Assembly (NCBI GenBank): GCA_030649135.1
Contig: JAUSGI010000002.1
Span: forward strand, 6,294-70,293
DNA: 64,000 nucleotides
Source of the DNA: a bacterium
GTDB lineage: Bacteria > Patescibacteriota > Minisyncoccia > Phycocordibacterales > Zambryskibacteraceae
Reading direction: 5' to 3'
Position numbers and translations under genes: made by a program. A model generated the notes under the pieces. The model was given only the letters and a program-made list of their open reading frames with translations. It did no database searches and was not told the origin of the DNA. Positions 47,949 through 57,748 of the stretch are shown here, piece after piece (the stretch's first letter is position 1; every line of letters begins with the position of its first letter).

Positions 47949-48914
47949 CTATTTCTGCTGGTTTTGCTTATCTATCCAACGGTAAGTTTCAGCCAGTCCG
48001 ATTTGAAGTTTCTGACTGGGGGCCCAACTTAATTTTTCTTTTATCAATTTATTATCGGAGTTACGGCCTCGCACACCAAGCGGACCTTCAATATGTTTGA
48101 TACTTAGCTTTTTACCGGCAATCTCCATGACCATTTCTGCCAATCCGTTGATAGTCACCATCTCATCCGAACCAATATTAACTGGCCCAGTAAAGTCAGA
48201 ATCCATAAGCCGTCTGACACCGTCTAGGCACTCATCAATATATAGAAACGAGCGTGTTTGCTTACCGTCACCCCAGATTTCAATTGTGCCCCCTTCCGAT
48301 GCTTCGGCGACCTTCCTACACATGGCGGCTGGGGCTTTTTCCTTCCCACCGCGCCAAGTACCTTCCGGCCCGAAGATATTATGAAACCGCGCAATGCGAA
48401 CATCCAGACCATAGTTTCGGTAGTAGGAAAGATACATCCGTTCACTAAAAAGTTTTTCCCAACCATATTCGCTGTCGGGCGCGGCGGGGTAAGCCGATTC
48501 TTCCGAACACTTGGGATTATCTGGGTCAAGTTGGTTATACTCGGGATAAATACAGGCAGAAGAAGAGTAGAAGATTTTTTTTATGCCAGCTTTTTGTCCA
48601 AAGGAAACAACATTTAAGTTGATGCTGGCAGAATTGTGCATCACGTCGGCATCATGTTCCCCGCTAAAGATGTAACCGGCACCACCCATATCGGCAGCCA
48701 ATTGATAAACCTCGTCAAACGGCTGGTCCAGTACATTTTTAACCACACTCTGGTCTCGTAGGTCGCCAATAACAAATTCATCAGCCACAGTTGGGGAAAA
48801 TTCTGGCTGCTTCAAGTCTACGCCTCGGACCCAGGCACCCTCGCCCTTTAACTTCTTAACCAAATGGCCACCAATAAACCCGCCAGCACCACAGACTAGT
48901 ATTTTTTTTGCCAT
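47949..48914 (-). CDS. NAD-dependent nucleotide-sugar epimerase/dehydratase
   Basis: Rossmann N-terminus CGAGGFIGGHL and the YxxxK motif. Confidence 0.8.
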   Translation of the reverse strand: MAKKILVCGAGGFIGGHLVKKLKGEGAWVRGVDLKQPEFSPTVADEFVIGDLRDQSVVKNVLDQPFDEVYQLAADMGGAGYIFSGEHDADVMHNSASINLNVVSFGQKAGIKKIFYSSSACIYPEYNQLDPDNPKCSEESAYPAAPDSEYGWEKLFSERMYLSYYRNYGLDVRIARFHNIFGPEGTWRGGKEKAPAAMCRKVAEASEGGTIEIWGDGKQTRSFLYIDECLDGVRRLMDSDFTGPVNIGSDEMVTINGLAEMVMEIAGKKLSIKHIEGPLGVRGRNSDNKLIKEKLSWAPSQKLQIGLAETYRWIDKQNQQK

Positions 48915-48927
48915 AAGTGGGTGTATT

Positions 48928-49953
48928 CTACCTCGTTAAGAATTGAGGCGCAATTTCATTAATAACCTTGCGGGCTAAGATTTTAGGAGTAAATTCTTGC
49001 TGGTATAGCTGGTAAGCATGTTCCGCAACTTGTTCAAGTTCTTTCGGGTGACCCCTTAACTCAACAATCTTACGAGCCAACTCACGATAACCCCCCGGTG
49101 GCACGGTAAAGCAGGTTTGGTTATCGGCGAGAAACTCCATCACACCTTTATTTTCTCCAGTAAGATACGGGAGTTTCATCGCCATGCTTTCAAAAACTTT
49201 ATGTGGAATCGTGGTGTGAACCCGCGGATGATTAGCTAATTGTCCAAGCGACAGGTGACATTCCGTCATTTTTTGTCGCAATTCATCTATGGGAAGTCTC
49301 GTAGTAACAAGTTCGAGATTCTTGGGTTTAAGCTCATCTATCAATTTTTCAATTTCTTTTAACAGTAAACCACGACCAATAATTCGGATTTTAATATCTT
49401 CTTGCTCTAACTCTTTGGCCGCCCGAACGACAACTTCTGCCCCAGCTTCTGGCAGAAACATGCCACGGAAAACAACAGTAAATTGTTTTAATTTGGCAAT
49501 GGCGGGGTCAAAGTAAAATTGTTTATCGTCCGTCCCAACGAAGTGGACCGAGATTTTGTCCGGATTAATTCGGAAAATTTTGACCACTAAATCTTTTTGA
49601 GACTGACACTCAAGAAATACCTTATCGGCCAAACTGAAAGCCAGGAAATCTATTAGCCAATATCGCACCAGATTCGCGCCCCGGGATATCACCATGCTGT
49701 CATAAAAAGTGGCCAGAGCATTGTATATAATTCTTTTTCTGGTAAAAAATCTAAGAAAGATAATTAAGATACTTGAGGCGTAGCCTATCATTACTAAATC
49801 ACTCTCTGGTTCCAGATTACGAAAGTCTTTCAAAAGCTTGCAATATCCATTAAAGCCGAGCTCTTTGACTTCTACTCCATTTTCTTTTAAACCCATGACG
49901 GTAATCCGGTCTCGCGGATTATCGAGTTTGAAGCTCACGTAGCAGATTTTCAT
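48928..49953 (-). CDS. Glycosyltransferase family 4
   Basis: C-terminal Glycos_transf_1 region FRGMFLPEAGAEVV ... FESMAMKLPYL. Confidence 0.7.
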   Translation of the reverse strand: MKICYVSFKLDNPRDRITVMGLKENGVEVKELGFNGYCKLLKDFRNLEPESDLVMIGYASSILIIFLRFFTRKRIIYNALATFYDSMVISRGANLVRYWLIDFLAFSLADKVFLECQSQKDLVVKIFRINPDKISVHFVGTDDKQFYFDPAIAKLKQFTVVFRGMFLPEAGAEVVVRAAKELEQEDIKIRIIGRGLLLKEIEKLIDELKPKNLELVTTRLPIDELRQKMTECHLSLGQLANHPRVHTTIPHKVFESMAMKLPYLTGENKGVMEFLADNQTCFTVPPGGYRELARKIVELRGHPKELEQVAEHAYQLYQQEFTPKILARKVINEIAPQFLTR

Positions 49954-50891
49954 AATTCTCGCGCCAACTTATCCATGAGTAGATTAAGGCTGTGGTCTTC
50001 TACCTTGAAGTTTTTTAGGTCCGGGTTCCTAACTTCGAGCTTCATCCCGCAAGCGGCAGCTTCAATTATTGTTTTATCCATACTTCCGGCAGGAGTGAAG
50101 TTGGCGTAAGTTTCGTGTGTTTGGTAAAGCTTGAGAGCCTCGACTTGATTTACCGGTCCGATGAATTTGATTTTATCGTTAAGATTTTGCTTTACACGTT
50201 CTCCATATTCCTTATCATCCGGCAAAATAGGCCCGGCAATAGTTGCAGTATATTCGGTACCCCCGACCCAATCAATGAACTCTAAAACCTTCTTTACCGG
50301 AGAAATGCGGCCTAGGAAAAGAACGGAATTAGGTATTCTCTTTACACTTGGGTCAGGTTTGAAAAAATCAGTATCTATACCAGCGGGCATCAATTTAGTC
50401 TTTTTGAATCTGGCAGTATAAGAACTCGGCGAAGTGCAGAAAACTTTATCTGAAAGTAATACGGCCATACGAGTCCATAAATTCCCCTTCGCATGATTCC
50501 TCCACAAACATACTTTCTTGCCCATTAGCCACCACGATTTCCAACCGAGGATGACATACTCTTGATTCATGTGCACAAACACAGAATTATAATTTCTCCT
50601 CTCCCGCCAAATATATTCATAAAATCTGAAAATGTATTTGAATCTAGACCGACCACCCTCTTTGCCAAGAGATAGTACCTTAACATTTGCCGGTAAATGA
50701 TAGCTCCCCCGTGAAATAATTTTTCCTCCAGAAAAATTATCGCCTTGCGATATTTCACGGGGTGAACCCCTCTCAAGACAGATTACTGTCACAAACTCAA
50801 ATCGCTTAGCAAACTCCCGTACCCAGCGTACAAAGAAACCAAGCACAGGATTATTCTCGTCTAGTGATTGTGTAATTATTAGTAATTTCAT
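49950..50891 (-). CDS. Glycosyltransferase (GT-B, GT4-like)
   Basis: General GT4-like architecture with conserved C-terminal E residues. Translationally coupled to the upstream GT4. Confidence 0.55.
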   Translation of the reverse strand: MKLLIITQSLDENNPVLGFFVRWVREFAKRFEFVTVICLERGSPREISQGDNFSGGKIISRGSYHLPANVKVLSLGKEGGRSRFKYIFRFYEYIWRERRNYNSVFVHMNQEYVILGWKSWWLMGKKVCLWRNHAKGNLWTRMAVLLSDKVFCTSPSSYTARFKKTKLMPAGIDTDFFKPDPSVKRIPNSVLFLGRISPVKKVLEFIDWVGGTEYTATIAGPILPDDKEYGERVKQNLNDKIKFIGPVNQVEALKLYQTHETYANFTPAGSMDKTIIEAAACGMKLEVRNPDLKNFKVEDHSLNLLMDKLAREL

Positions 50892-51114
50892 GTGGAGGGC
50901 CTTGTGAAATACGATTTGAGCCTGTTTTTTGTCGATTCTACAGCCCCCTTCAAGTGTTGCTCAAATCGTAATTCAATATCATTAGTATACCCGACATAAA
51001 AATTTCCATCTTTTTGACTCTGTAGAACATAGACGTAGAATTTTTCATCAAATACAGACATGATATTGAATTATTTCACTGGGCAAGTCCAACGATGGAA
51101 AAAACCCAAAATAG

Positions 51115-51967
51115 GGTCACTTTTATCGACTTTCTGGGTGATCACCAGCAGTTTCATTGGATTTCCTCGCTCCTATTTTCTTATATGCGGAAGGTTAAAC
51201 CTTGCGTATTGGTCTTACTTCCATCATAATTCTAGTATGACACGCCCAATTATATTATCAATCGGAGAATTTTATCACATTTATAATCGTGGCACTGAAA
51301 AAAGAAAGATTTTTTTATCCAAACATGACTACGAACGTTTTATAGCTCTTCTCTATCTTTGTAACTCCACTATCTCCGTCCGTATAGACATGCGACGCAA
51401 ATCTTTAGATGAAACCCTCGATACTGACCGTGATAAGAATCTGGTAGATATTGGTAGCTACTGTTTAATGCCCAACCACTTTCATATTCTACTTAAAGAA
51501 AGAGTTGAAAATGGTATTAGCCTATTTATGCAAAAATTAACTACGGCTTATACTATGTATTTCAATAAAAAATACGAACGTAACGGATCTCTTTTCCAAG
51601 GAACTTTTAAGGCAGAGCATGCGGATAAAGACAGTTACTTGAAATATCTATTCGCATATATTCACTTAAATCCAGTCAAACTGATTGAACCCGAATGGAA
51701 GAAGGTGGGTATCAAAAACCGCACAAATGCTAAGCAGTTTCTGAGAAATTACCCTTATTCTAGTTATTTTGAATATACCGGAATCGACAGAAAATGGAAG
51801 ACTATTCTAACGCCTAAGGCGTTTCCAGACTATTTTGATACTACCGATGGCTTTCAGAAAATGATTGATTACTGGCTTGAGTTTAGTTCTGAACAATCCT
51901 AGTGTAGTGCGTAAGGTTTAACCTTGTTCAAAAAGGTCATTTTTATCGACTTTCTGGGTAACTACCA
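51115..51967 (+). mobile_element. IS200/IS605-like unit: Y1-transposase gene flanked by 33-bp direct repeats and subterminal palindromes
   Basis: GGTCACTTTTATCGACTTTCTGGGTGATCACCA at 51115-51147 matches GGTCATTTTTATCGACTTTCTGGGTAACTACCA at 51935-51967. The palindromes AAGGTTAAACCTT at 51191-51203 and AAGGTTTAACCTT at 51913-51925 are subterminal. Confidence 0.5.
51237..51902 (+). CDS. tnpA: IS200/IS605-family Y1 (HUH) transposase / RAYT-like
   Basis: YHIYNRGTEKRKIF, HUH motif LMPNHFHILL and the catalytic Tyr region GSLFQGTFKAEH..YLFAYIHLNP. Start reassigned to ATG 51237. Confidence 0.75.
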   Translation: MTRPIILSIGEFYHIYNRGTEKRKIFLSKHDYERFIALLYLCNSTISVRIDMRRKSLDETLDTDRDKNLVDIGSYCLMPNHFHILLKERVENGISLFMQKLTTAYTMYFNKKYERNGSLFQGTFKAEHADKDSYLKYLFAYIHLNPVKLIEPEWKKVGIKNRTNAKQFLRNYPYSSYFEYTGIDRKWKTILTPKAFPDYFDTTDGFQKMIDYWLEFSSEQS

Positions 51968-51973
51968 ATAATC

Positions 51974-53257
51974 TCATTGAGTTGGTGTGTCTGGGGTCTT
52001 TTCCGCATTTTCAGTTTGCTCTTCTTTTTTCATAAGTTCAAATGCTTGGCCGAGATATCTCAATACATGGTGCCCGACAAGATAATGGAATAGGAGGCCA
52101 ACCAGTCCGGCAAGAATGACGAGCAAGAGGAGATAAACGAGATTGTCTTTGATAAATTTGCTAATAAGCGATGACGACGAGACTGCCGCTGTGACATCTC
52201 TGATATTGCCGGCCTTATCGAAGACTCGCACCATAACGTTTAAGTCGCCGCGAGCGAGCGGTATCTGAAAAGGACTCTCCGTTTGGACAAAAACGGGGGA
52301 GACGGTAACTGGTTGGCTTTTATCAATTATTCCGACCTCATAATAATCCACTCCCGACAGATTATCCGTAGTAAAGAAAGAGATTATCGACCGTTCGACC
52401 AAATTCACCGCTGCCAACAAATAACTAACTTCCGGTTTGAAGTCTGCCGGCGGGACAGTGTCAATTCTTATCAGAAAATGCCCAGTCGTCCCCCAGACTC
52501 CATTTTTATTGGCTTTAATATGAAAATACCATAAGCCATCGGCCAAACTTTCAAACGCTTCTGAAGTCTCGTTGGCAGTAATGGAGTTCTCTGGGATTGT
52601 GGATGGTTTATCATCCAAAATATAACTAAATCCCGAAACGCCGGCATCCCGATCCCATGAGATTACCGGACTGTCATTGTTGTACCACTCACCCTGGAAC
52701 GGATGGGTCTCCGAGAAGACCTTCACCCCTTCCGGAGCCTTCGGCACAATCGCATATTCCGCCCTGCCCAACTCTACTTCGGCTTCCGTACCTTGGCCAT
52801 CATTCAAGAGTACTTTTGAATTAGCGCCAAAAGAGACCGTTGCCCAGCCAGTCCTCTTGGCTTTAAAAGTGATTGTCCCCACTAAACCGGAGTTCGTAGT
52901 AATACCGTCCGGTATGACACCGACATAACTGGCCGTACCGCGAGTGTTATCGTAACTTGGCGGTTCCACCCAGACACCGATAATAGAGAGGCCGCTCGAC
53001 GGTTTTATGATTTCCAGCTTATCTTTGTCGAAGTTAACCCTGATTTCAATACCATTGATTTCGGCGCCGTCTGTATCGACTAGAATCGGGATATTGAAGG
53101 TTGAGTTCTCGACAAAGCTGGCGGCACGGGGAGAGAATGAAAGTTCGATTTTCGGAATTAATTGCGAGACATCCAGAGAGACTGTCTCGGCGTATGTATG
53201 AGACCAGATGAGAGCCGTGAGAACAAACAGTAGAAGTATTCTTGAAATACGTGCCAT
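51974..53257 (-). CDS. Cohesin-domain surface protein with signal peptide and C-terminal TM anchor
   Basis: Signal peptide, then a cohesin-like beta-sandwich (INGIEIRVNFDKDKLEIIKP...GLVGTITFKAKRTGWATVSF), a second conserved domain (VMVRVFDKAGNIRD) and a C-terminal TM helix. Confidence 0.6.
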   Translation of the reverse strand: MARISRILLLFVLTALIWSHTYAETVSLDVSQLIPKIELSFSPRAASFVENSTFNIPILVDTDGAEINGIEIRVNFDKDKLEIIKPSSGLSIIGVWVEPPSYDNTRGTASYVGVIPDGITTNSGLVGTITFKAKRTGWATVSFGANSKVLLNDGQGTEAEVELGRAEYAIVPKAPEGVKVFSETHPFQGEWYNNDSPVISWDRDAGVSGFSYILDDKPSTIPENSITANETSEAFESLADGLWYFHIKANKNGVWGTTGHFLIRIDTVPPADFKPEVSYLLAAVNLVERSIISFFTTDNLSGVDYYEVGIIDKSQPVTVSPVFVQTESPFQIPLARGDLNVMVRVFDKAGNIRDVTAAVSSSSLISKFIKDNLVYLLLLVILAGLVGLLFHYLVGHHVLRYLGQAFELMKKEEQTENAEKTPDTPTQ

Positions 53258-53266
53258 TATTATTAT

Positions 53267-54244
53267 CTAATCCCCGAGATCCTTCTCAGCGTGGACAACT
53301 TCCTGATGGATGATTTTTTCAGCATCTGCCAAGTTCTGCTTTAGGCGATGCGTGATTGTCTCTTCTTCCGCGGTTAGCTTCCGTTTATCGCGGGTCCGCT
53401 CCAAAATATGGAGGCTATCACCGACATCCTCTTTCAGAAGTTCAAAAGATTTTCCCGTCAATCGGTCTATATTATGCAGGTCTTTCCTCATATCCTTCCG
53501 CAATCTCGATACATTGCCCGCCCCCTTCGCGGCAGTATGAGTGAGAAGGAATATAAGCGCGACAATGAGAGCGAGCAGGAAGAATAACGCCAGAAGCCAG
53601 CTTATGGCAGTTTTAAGCGACGGGGTGCCAAATGGAAGAGTGTCCGCTTCTTCCTCCTTATCAAGCGTTCCAAGATCAATGGCGGGTGCTAAATTGTCTT
53701 CTCCATCTGTACCATTAGTCTCGAGCACTGCTGGCGGAGTGACGGGAAGTTGCTGCTTTTGCTCCAGCGCAAACGAGGCAGTGCCGAGGGTCTTAAGAAT
53801 ATTGGTGCCATAGCCATCGTTGGCAAGAAGTGAACCCGATGTCAAGCGAATGAGGGCGTTACCCGTACCGACTACCTTAAAATTGACACCCAAAACCCTG
53901 CCGTTAGATTCGCTAAAGCCGGGGTTAGGCACCACGCCCTCGAAAGTCACCGTGCCGCGAGAGTTGGAAAATGACGGTTCCTGGATCCAGAGCGATAGCA
54001 CCGACCCAATCTTCGATATGGAAGTCACCTGCAGACTGTCCGCCGGGAATGACAGCACGCCGGAAACGGCATTGATGGACTGCTGGGGACTTGAGACCAT
54101 GATGCGCACCGAGAACGTATCCCCGACGGAGTACGTCCCAGTTAAGGGAGAGAGAAAAATAGTATCGGCAAAAACGCTCTTCGGTGATACGAGGACTAAA
54201 AGAATCGTGAGCGTAAAGAGCGCCTTAAGAGTAAAAGAACGCAT
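53267..54244 (-). CDS. Cohesin-domain membrane protein with cytoplasmic coiled-coil tail
   Basis: Signal peptide, a cohesin-like domain (INAVSGVLSFPADSLQVTSI...GRVLGVNFKVVGTGNALIRL), a TM helix and a charged helical C-terminus. Confidence 0.55.
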   Translation of the reverse strand: MRSFTLKALFTLTILLVLVSPKSVFADTIFLSPLTGTYSVGDTFSVRIMVSSPQQSINAVSGVLSFPADSLQVTSISKIGSVLSLWIQEPSFSNSRGTVTFEGVVPNPGFSESNGRVLGVNFKVVGTGNALIRLTSGSLLANDGYGTNILKTLGTASFALEQKQQLPVTPPAVLETNGTDGEDNLAPAIDLGTLDKEEEADTLPFGTPSLKTAISWLLALFFLLALIVALIFLLTHTAAKGAGNVSRLRKDMRKDLHNIDRLTGKSFELLKEDVGDSLHILERTRDKRKLTAEEETITHRLKQNLADAEKIIHQEVVHAEKDLGD

Positions 54245-54945
54245 AACAATATTATAATACTAATCAAAACACTTGCATAATGGTATGGACCAGCTGTGGA
54301 TGCATCTCTATGATTACCTGCCTTATCCACCGCGCGAATGTGTATCTTCTGGAAAGTCTCTAGGTGCGATAAAACTAAGGGTGATTCTGTTTCTATCCAA
54401 TTTTCATCTCTAGGACTAAGAAACCAAGTGGAAGCCGCCTCGTAGCGCTCGACGCCCGTGCCCTTGTCTTGAGCGGTAAACGAAATGAAATGTCTGCCGC
54501 CAAAAATATCCGGCGATGTTGATATTATAGGCTCAAAAGGTTCCGGTGGTACCGTATCTTCGGCTATTTCCGTTTGTCGTAAAGAGAGCCTGACCGAAAC
54601 GCTTTCTCCGGAACCGTCATTTTTATATGCTTTTATGTTGTTGAAAGAGAAGCCGGCAATATTTGAAGCGTCAAAAGCAAAAAGCCGATATTTCCCCCTA
54701 AATCCGCCCGGTGTTATACCGGCAAACGGGATGGTATTTCCAAGCAGCTCCGGCGAGGTAACCCAGATAAGAACGGCTGAATTGCCGGTATAGATATTTT
54801 CCACGCTTACATTTGTTGGCAAAACTAAAGTTCCCTCAATGGCATTGATTGTTTCTGTACCCGTATCAACTTCAATCACGGCAGTAACTGCTCCAGCAAA
54901 GAGTGGTAGAGAAAAGAGAATGATTATGATAAGAATTTTTCTCAT
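54196..54945 (-). CDS. Cohesin-like surface protein with C-terminal TM anchor
   Basis: Signal peptide, a cohesin-like domain, the conserved block HIRAVDKAGNHRD shared with the 51974 protein, and a C-terminal TM helix. Confidence 0.5.
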   Translation of the reverse strand: MRKILIIIILFSLPLFAGAVTAVIEVDTGTETINAIEGTLVLPTNVSVENIYTGNSAVLIWVTSPELLGNTIPFAGITPGGFRGKYRLFAFDASNIAGFSFNNIKAYKNDGSGESVSVRLSLRQTEIAEDTVPPEPFEPIISTSPDIFGGRHFISFTAQDKGTGVERYEAASTWFLSPRDENWIETESPLVLSHLETFQKIHIRAVDKAGNHRDASTAGPYHYASVLISIIILLCVLLLLRRSLRSRFF

Positions 54946-54946
54946 A

Positions 54947-56287
54947 CTAGCCAGTCCAATTAAACGCCATTATAGAGAAGTCTACGAGATTGACCTTGCC
55001 ATCGCCATTGATATCAGCACTCTTGGGCGGAGCTGGCCTATTATACCAATAGGCAACAATGGAAAAGTCCACGAGGTTGACACGGCAATCGGCGTTCGCA
55101 TCTCCTCGTTTATCGCACTTTTGGGGAGTTTTGGCAAAAAGAATACTGATGTTGCCGACAACGAAAGGCACTGCCAGGCTGTACGGGCTTATCTCATTTG
55201 CTTTAGCAGCTTTCGACTTGGTGCTATGGTCGCCATACTCGAGTGGTGTAGTATCAAAGTTGTAGAGATATATCCCGTTCACATCTGCCGGAGTTTTGGC
55301 GAAGAACTGCTGGTCGGAATTTATTTGTATTGTTACTTCGCTTTGGTGAGCTACCTGACCGAATATGGTAATGTCATCCCCTTTTCTCACTTGCGATTTA
55401 TCCACAGCCACAGTCGGCGCTATGAATATGCCGGTAATATCGGTGGTCACTCCTGCGGTTACGCTCACCGGGAATGTCAATAAAGATGACCTATTACCTT
55501 GATTGTCCTCGCTATATATGGAAAAGAAATAATTGCCGGCAGTCAGATTGGTAAGTGATGCCTGGAAATTGGACGTGGCGTCAGCAATTGTTGTGGCAGA
55601 CACTTGGGCATCTTTAAGGATAGTGATGGGTCTTCTCGGATATGCTCGGCCGGAGAAATTGACCCCGCCTGTAGCATAGGTCGTCACGCCTCCTCCACCA
55701 CCACCACCACCCCCACCACCTCCGCCTCCTCCGCCATCATCATCGTCGTCAACCGGTGCGGTGGGGGTAGCGGAAACCTCGGTAGAAGTGGCAATGGTAT
55801 TATCCAGAGCATCCAAAACCCTGACAACGAAGTAATATGTGGTGCCGGCAGTAAGCCCCGTGCGCGTGGAAGCAAGTACGTCACCAACATCTGTATAAGT
55901 ATATGCACCGCCGGCAGTAGTGGACTGACCCACCGAATATCCTCCTACCGCCCAGCCAGTCGAGGCATCCGCGGTCGTCCAAGTGAGTGACACTTGCTCG
56001 GCACCGGCGGTGGCCGTCACGGCAGGAGTGGAAACAAACGGAAAATAAAGAAAGCCACCAAAAAGTTGATAGAGACTGTTGGTGGTTGAAGTGCCAATCG
56101 CCATTTGGGAAATGACTGCGTTTAGTCTGAAACTAGTGGAAGTAGAGTATCCGCCGGAAAATAACACGGGGTTAGAGACCGTATAAGTATCGGAAGAAAA
56201 ATCCTGCGCATAGGCGGCGTTGACGGTGAGAAAAAATAGAAAACATAAACTTAGAAGCGTTAGAAATCGTACTTGTGGAAAAAACAT
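54947..56287 (-). CDS. Secreted FN3 / Ig-like protein with C-terminal type-I dockerin
   Basis: Signal peptide, a fibronectin-III-like domain (LTWTTADASTGWAVGGYSV...TYYFVVRVLD), a D5-G17 linker and two dockerin Ca-binding repeats (DANADCRVNLVDFSIVAYW and DINGDGKVNLVDFSIMAFNW). Confidence 0.7.
   Translation of the reverse strand: MFFPQVRFLTLLSLCFLFFLTVNAAYAQDFSSDTYTVSNPVLFSGGYSTSTSFRLNAVISQMAIGTSTTNSLYQLFGGFLYFPFVSTPAVTATAGAEQVSLTWTTADASTGWAVGGYSVGQSTTAGGAYTYTDVGDVLASTRTGLTAGTTYYFVVRVLDALDNTIATSTEVSATPTAPVDDDDDGGGGGGGGGGGGGGGGVTTYATGGVNFSGRAYPRRPITILKDAQVSATTIADATSNFQASLTNLTAGNYFFSIYSEDNQGNRSSLLTFPVSVTAGVTTDITGIFIAPTVAVDKSQVRKGDDITIFGQVAHQSEVTIQINSDQQFFAKTPADVNGIYLYNFDTTPLEYGDHSTKSKAAKANEISPYSLAVPFVVGNISILFAKTPQKCDKRGDANADCRVNLVDFSIVAYWYNRPAPPKSADINGDGKVNLVDFSIMAFNWTG
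55689..55746 (-). repeat. Low-complexity tract encoding DDDDD-GGGGGGGGGGGGGGGGG
   Basis: CCTCCACCACCACCACCCCCACCACCTCCGCCTCCTCCGCC...ATCATCATCGTCGTC on the plus strand. Confidence 0.8.
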
Positions 56288-56347
56288 ACTAAGTAATTAT
56301 ACAACATAGTAACTGTGCAGAATATATAGTACCGAGTACTGAAAGCC

Positions 56348-57089
56348 GAGAGCTTTAGACTCTCACTAATACTGTATACTTATAGATATCTCCCAAACAT
56401 GAGAAAGGAACCTATCATAACAAACCATTATTATCACATTTATAATCGAGGAGTGGATAAGCGTGACATATTTAGCGATATAAAAGACCTTAAACGTTTT
56501 AAAGAAAGTGTAAAACAGTTCAATCAAGTCGATGGCATAGGTAGCCTGGAACTATATCGCAAATCCGTGAGAGCTTTAGGCTCTCACTTTGAATTGAAAT
56601 CGAAACCGATTGTGGATATTGTCGCCTTCTGCATAAATCCTAATCATTTTCATTTTATCTTAAAACAACTGGAGGACGGCGGAATAGCAAAATTCATGCA
56701 GAAATTACTCGGTGGATACACATATTACTTTAATCAGAGACATGCACGTTCTGGTTCATTATTTCAAGGAACATTCAAGTCTAAACTAATCAACCACGAT
56801 GACTATTTTAGAAAAATATTTGCGTATGTAAACCAAAATTATTCTGTTCATAACATACCAAAAAATAAATCAATTTTTATTTTTGCAAGCAATACAGAAT
56901 ACGAGAGTGGGCATTTTGATTTTGTTTCTAAAATCGAAGGACAGGAAATGTTAAAAATTTTTGGTGGAAAAAATAATCTTAAAAAACACTGCGAAGAAAT
57001 TATATCTATTATTCGAAAAGAACGTGGCAAAACTTCTCTAGAAGAACCAGACGAACTGCCTATGTGAGTGAGAGCCTAAAGCTCTCACT
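56348..57089 (+). mobile_element. Second IS200/IS605-like unit: Y1-transposase gene flanked by about 20-bp terminal inverted palindromic repeats
   Basis: GAGAGCTTTAGACTCTCAC at 56348-56366 and its reverse complement GTGAGAGCCTAAAGCTCTCAC at 57069-57089 match at 19 of 20 positions. Each forms a hairpin. Confidence 0.5.
56399..57067 (+). CDS. tnpA: IS200/IS605-family Y1 (HUH) transposase / RAYT-like, diverged paralog of 51237..51902
   Basis: YHIYNRGVDKRDIF, INPNHFHFIL and GSLFQGTFKSKL..IFAYVNQN. Confidence 0.75.
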   Translation: MRKEPIITNHYYHIYNRGVDKRDIFSDIKDLKRFKESVKQFNQVDGIGSLELYRKSVRALGSHFELKSKPIVDIVAFCINPNHFHFILKQLEDGGIAKFMQKLLGGYTYYFNQRHARSGSLFQGTFKSKLINHDDYFRKIFAYVNQNYSVHNIPKNKSIFIFASNTEYESGHFDFVSKIEGQEMLKIFGGKNNLKKHCEEIISIIRKERGKTSLEEPDELPM

Positions 57090-57101
57090 AAACAAACGAT
57101 C

Positions 57102-57632
57102 TTATAGGAAGAGCCAGGTTTTTATTATAGGAGAAAGCCAGGATTCTTGCTCACGAAGAGCGGTCACTTCATAGAGAAATCCCTTATGGACAAACCAGAC
57201 TTCCCAAGTCTCACCGAGCTTAACACTCTTGCTATAGAAAGACGTGGCGAGCACGCCATCAAGATAAAAAGTGGAGGGATTCTGTTTGATGCCGGACGGC
57301 ACGTCCAGCAAGAAACGCTTATCACTTATCTTTTCCTCGCCATAGGGAACCACAAAAATCTGGAAACCCATTTTTTCGTCTTTATTTTCAAAAATAAAAG
57401 TCTTTGCCCCATCACCCTCATCGAACTCTCTTGCAATTGTGCCTGCCGGATAGAGCAGGGAGAAAATGTATCGTTCGCTTCGATATTCGTGCCACCCATC
57501 GGGCACGTCTCGCACGGCACCCGCTGTCCTGTTCTCGTCGTCTCCACCACGCTTTTCCGGTAAATAAAAAAATGCTCCGACAATAAGCCCGAGGGTTATA
57601 ACAATACCGACCACAATGCTTGTGTATTTCAT
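57102..57632 (-). CDS. Hypothetical N-terminally membrane-anchored protein
   Basis: Start at ATG 57632 (MKYTSIVVGIVITLGLIVGAFFY), followed by a single TM helix and a soluble domain. Confidence 0.4.
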   Translation of the reverse strand: MKYTSIVVGIVITLGLIVGAFFYLPEKRGGDDENRTAGAVRDVPDGWHEYRSERYIFSLLYPAGTIAREFDEGDGAKTFIFENKDEKMGFQIFVVPYGEEKISDKRFLLDVPSGIKQNPSTFYLDGVLATSFYSKSVKLGETWEVWFVHKGFLYEVTALREQESWLSPIIKTWLFL

Positions 57633-57748
57633 ACTTTTACACATATAATTATATCACCGCACACCTTGGCACGAAACGGTGATATACTTTAAGAGAGTGG
57701 GTGGGTGGTCGACCCCACAAGAAAAGATTACGAGTAATGAATTAAAAA

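Noticed and set aside
57684-57700. Possible sigma54-type promoter (TGGCAC-N5-GGTGA)
   Set aside because: The -12 element does not match TTGC[AT]. The motif is part of the 10-bp inverted repeat instead.
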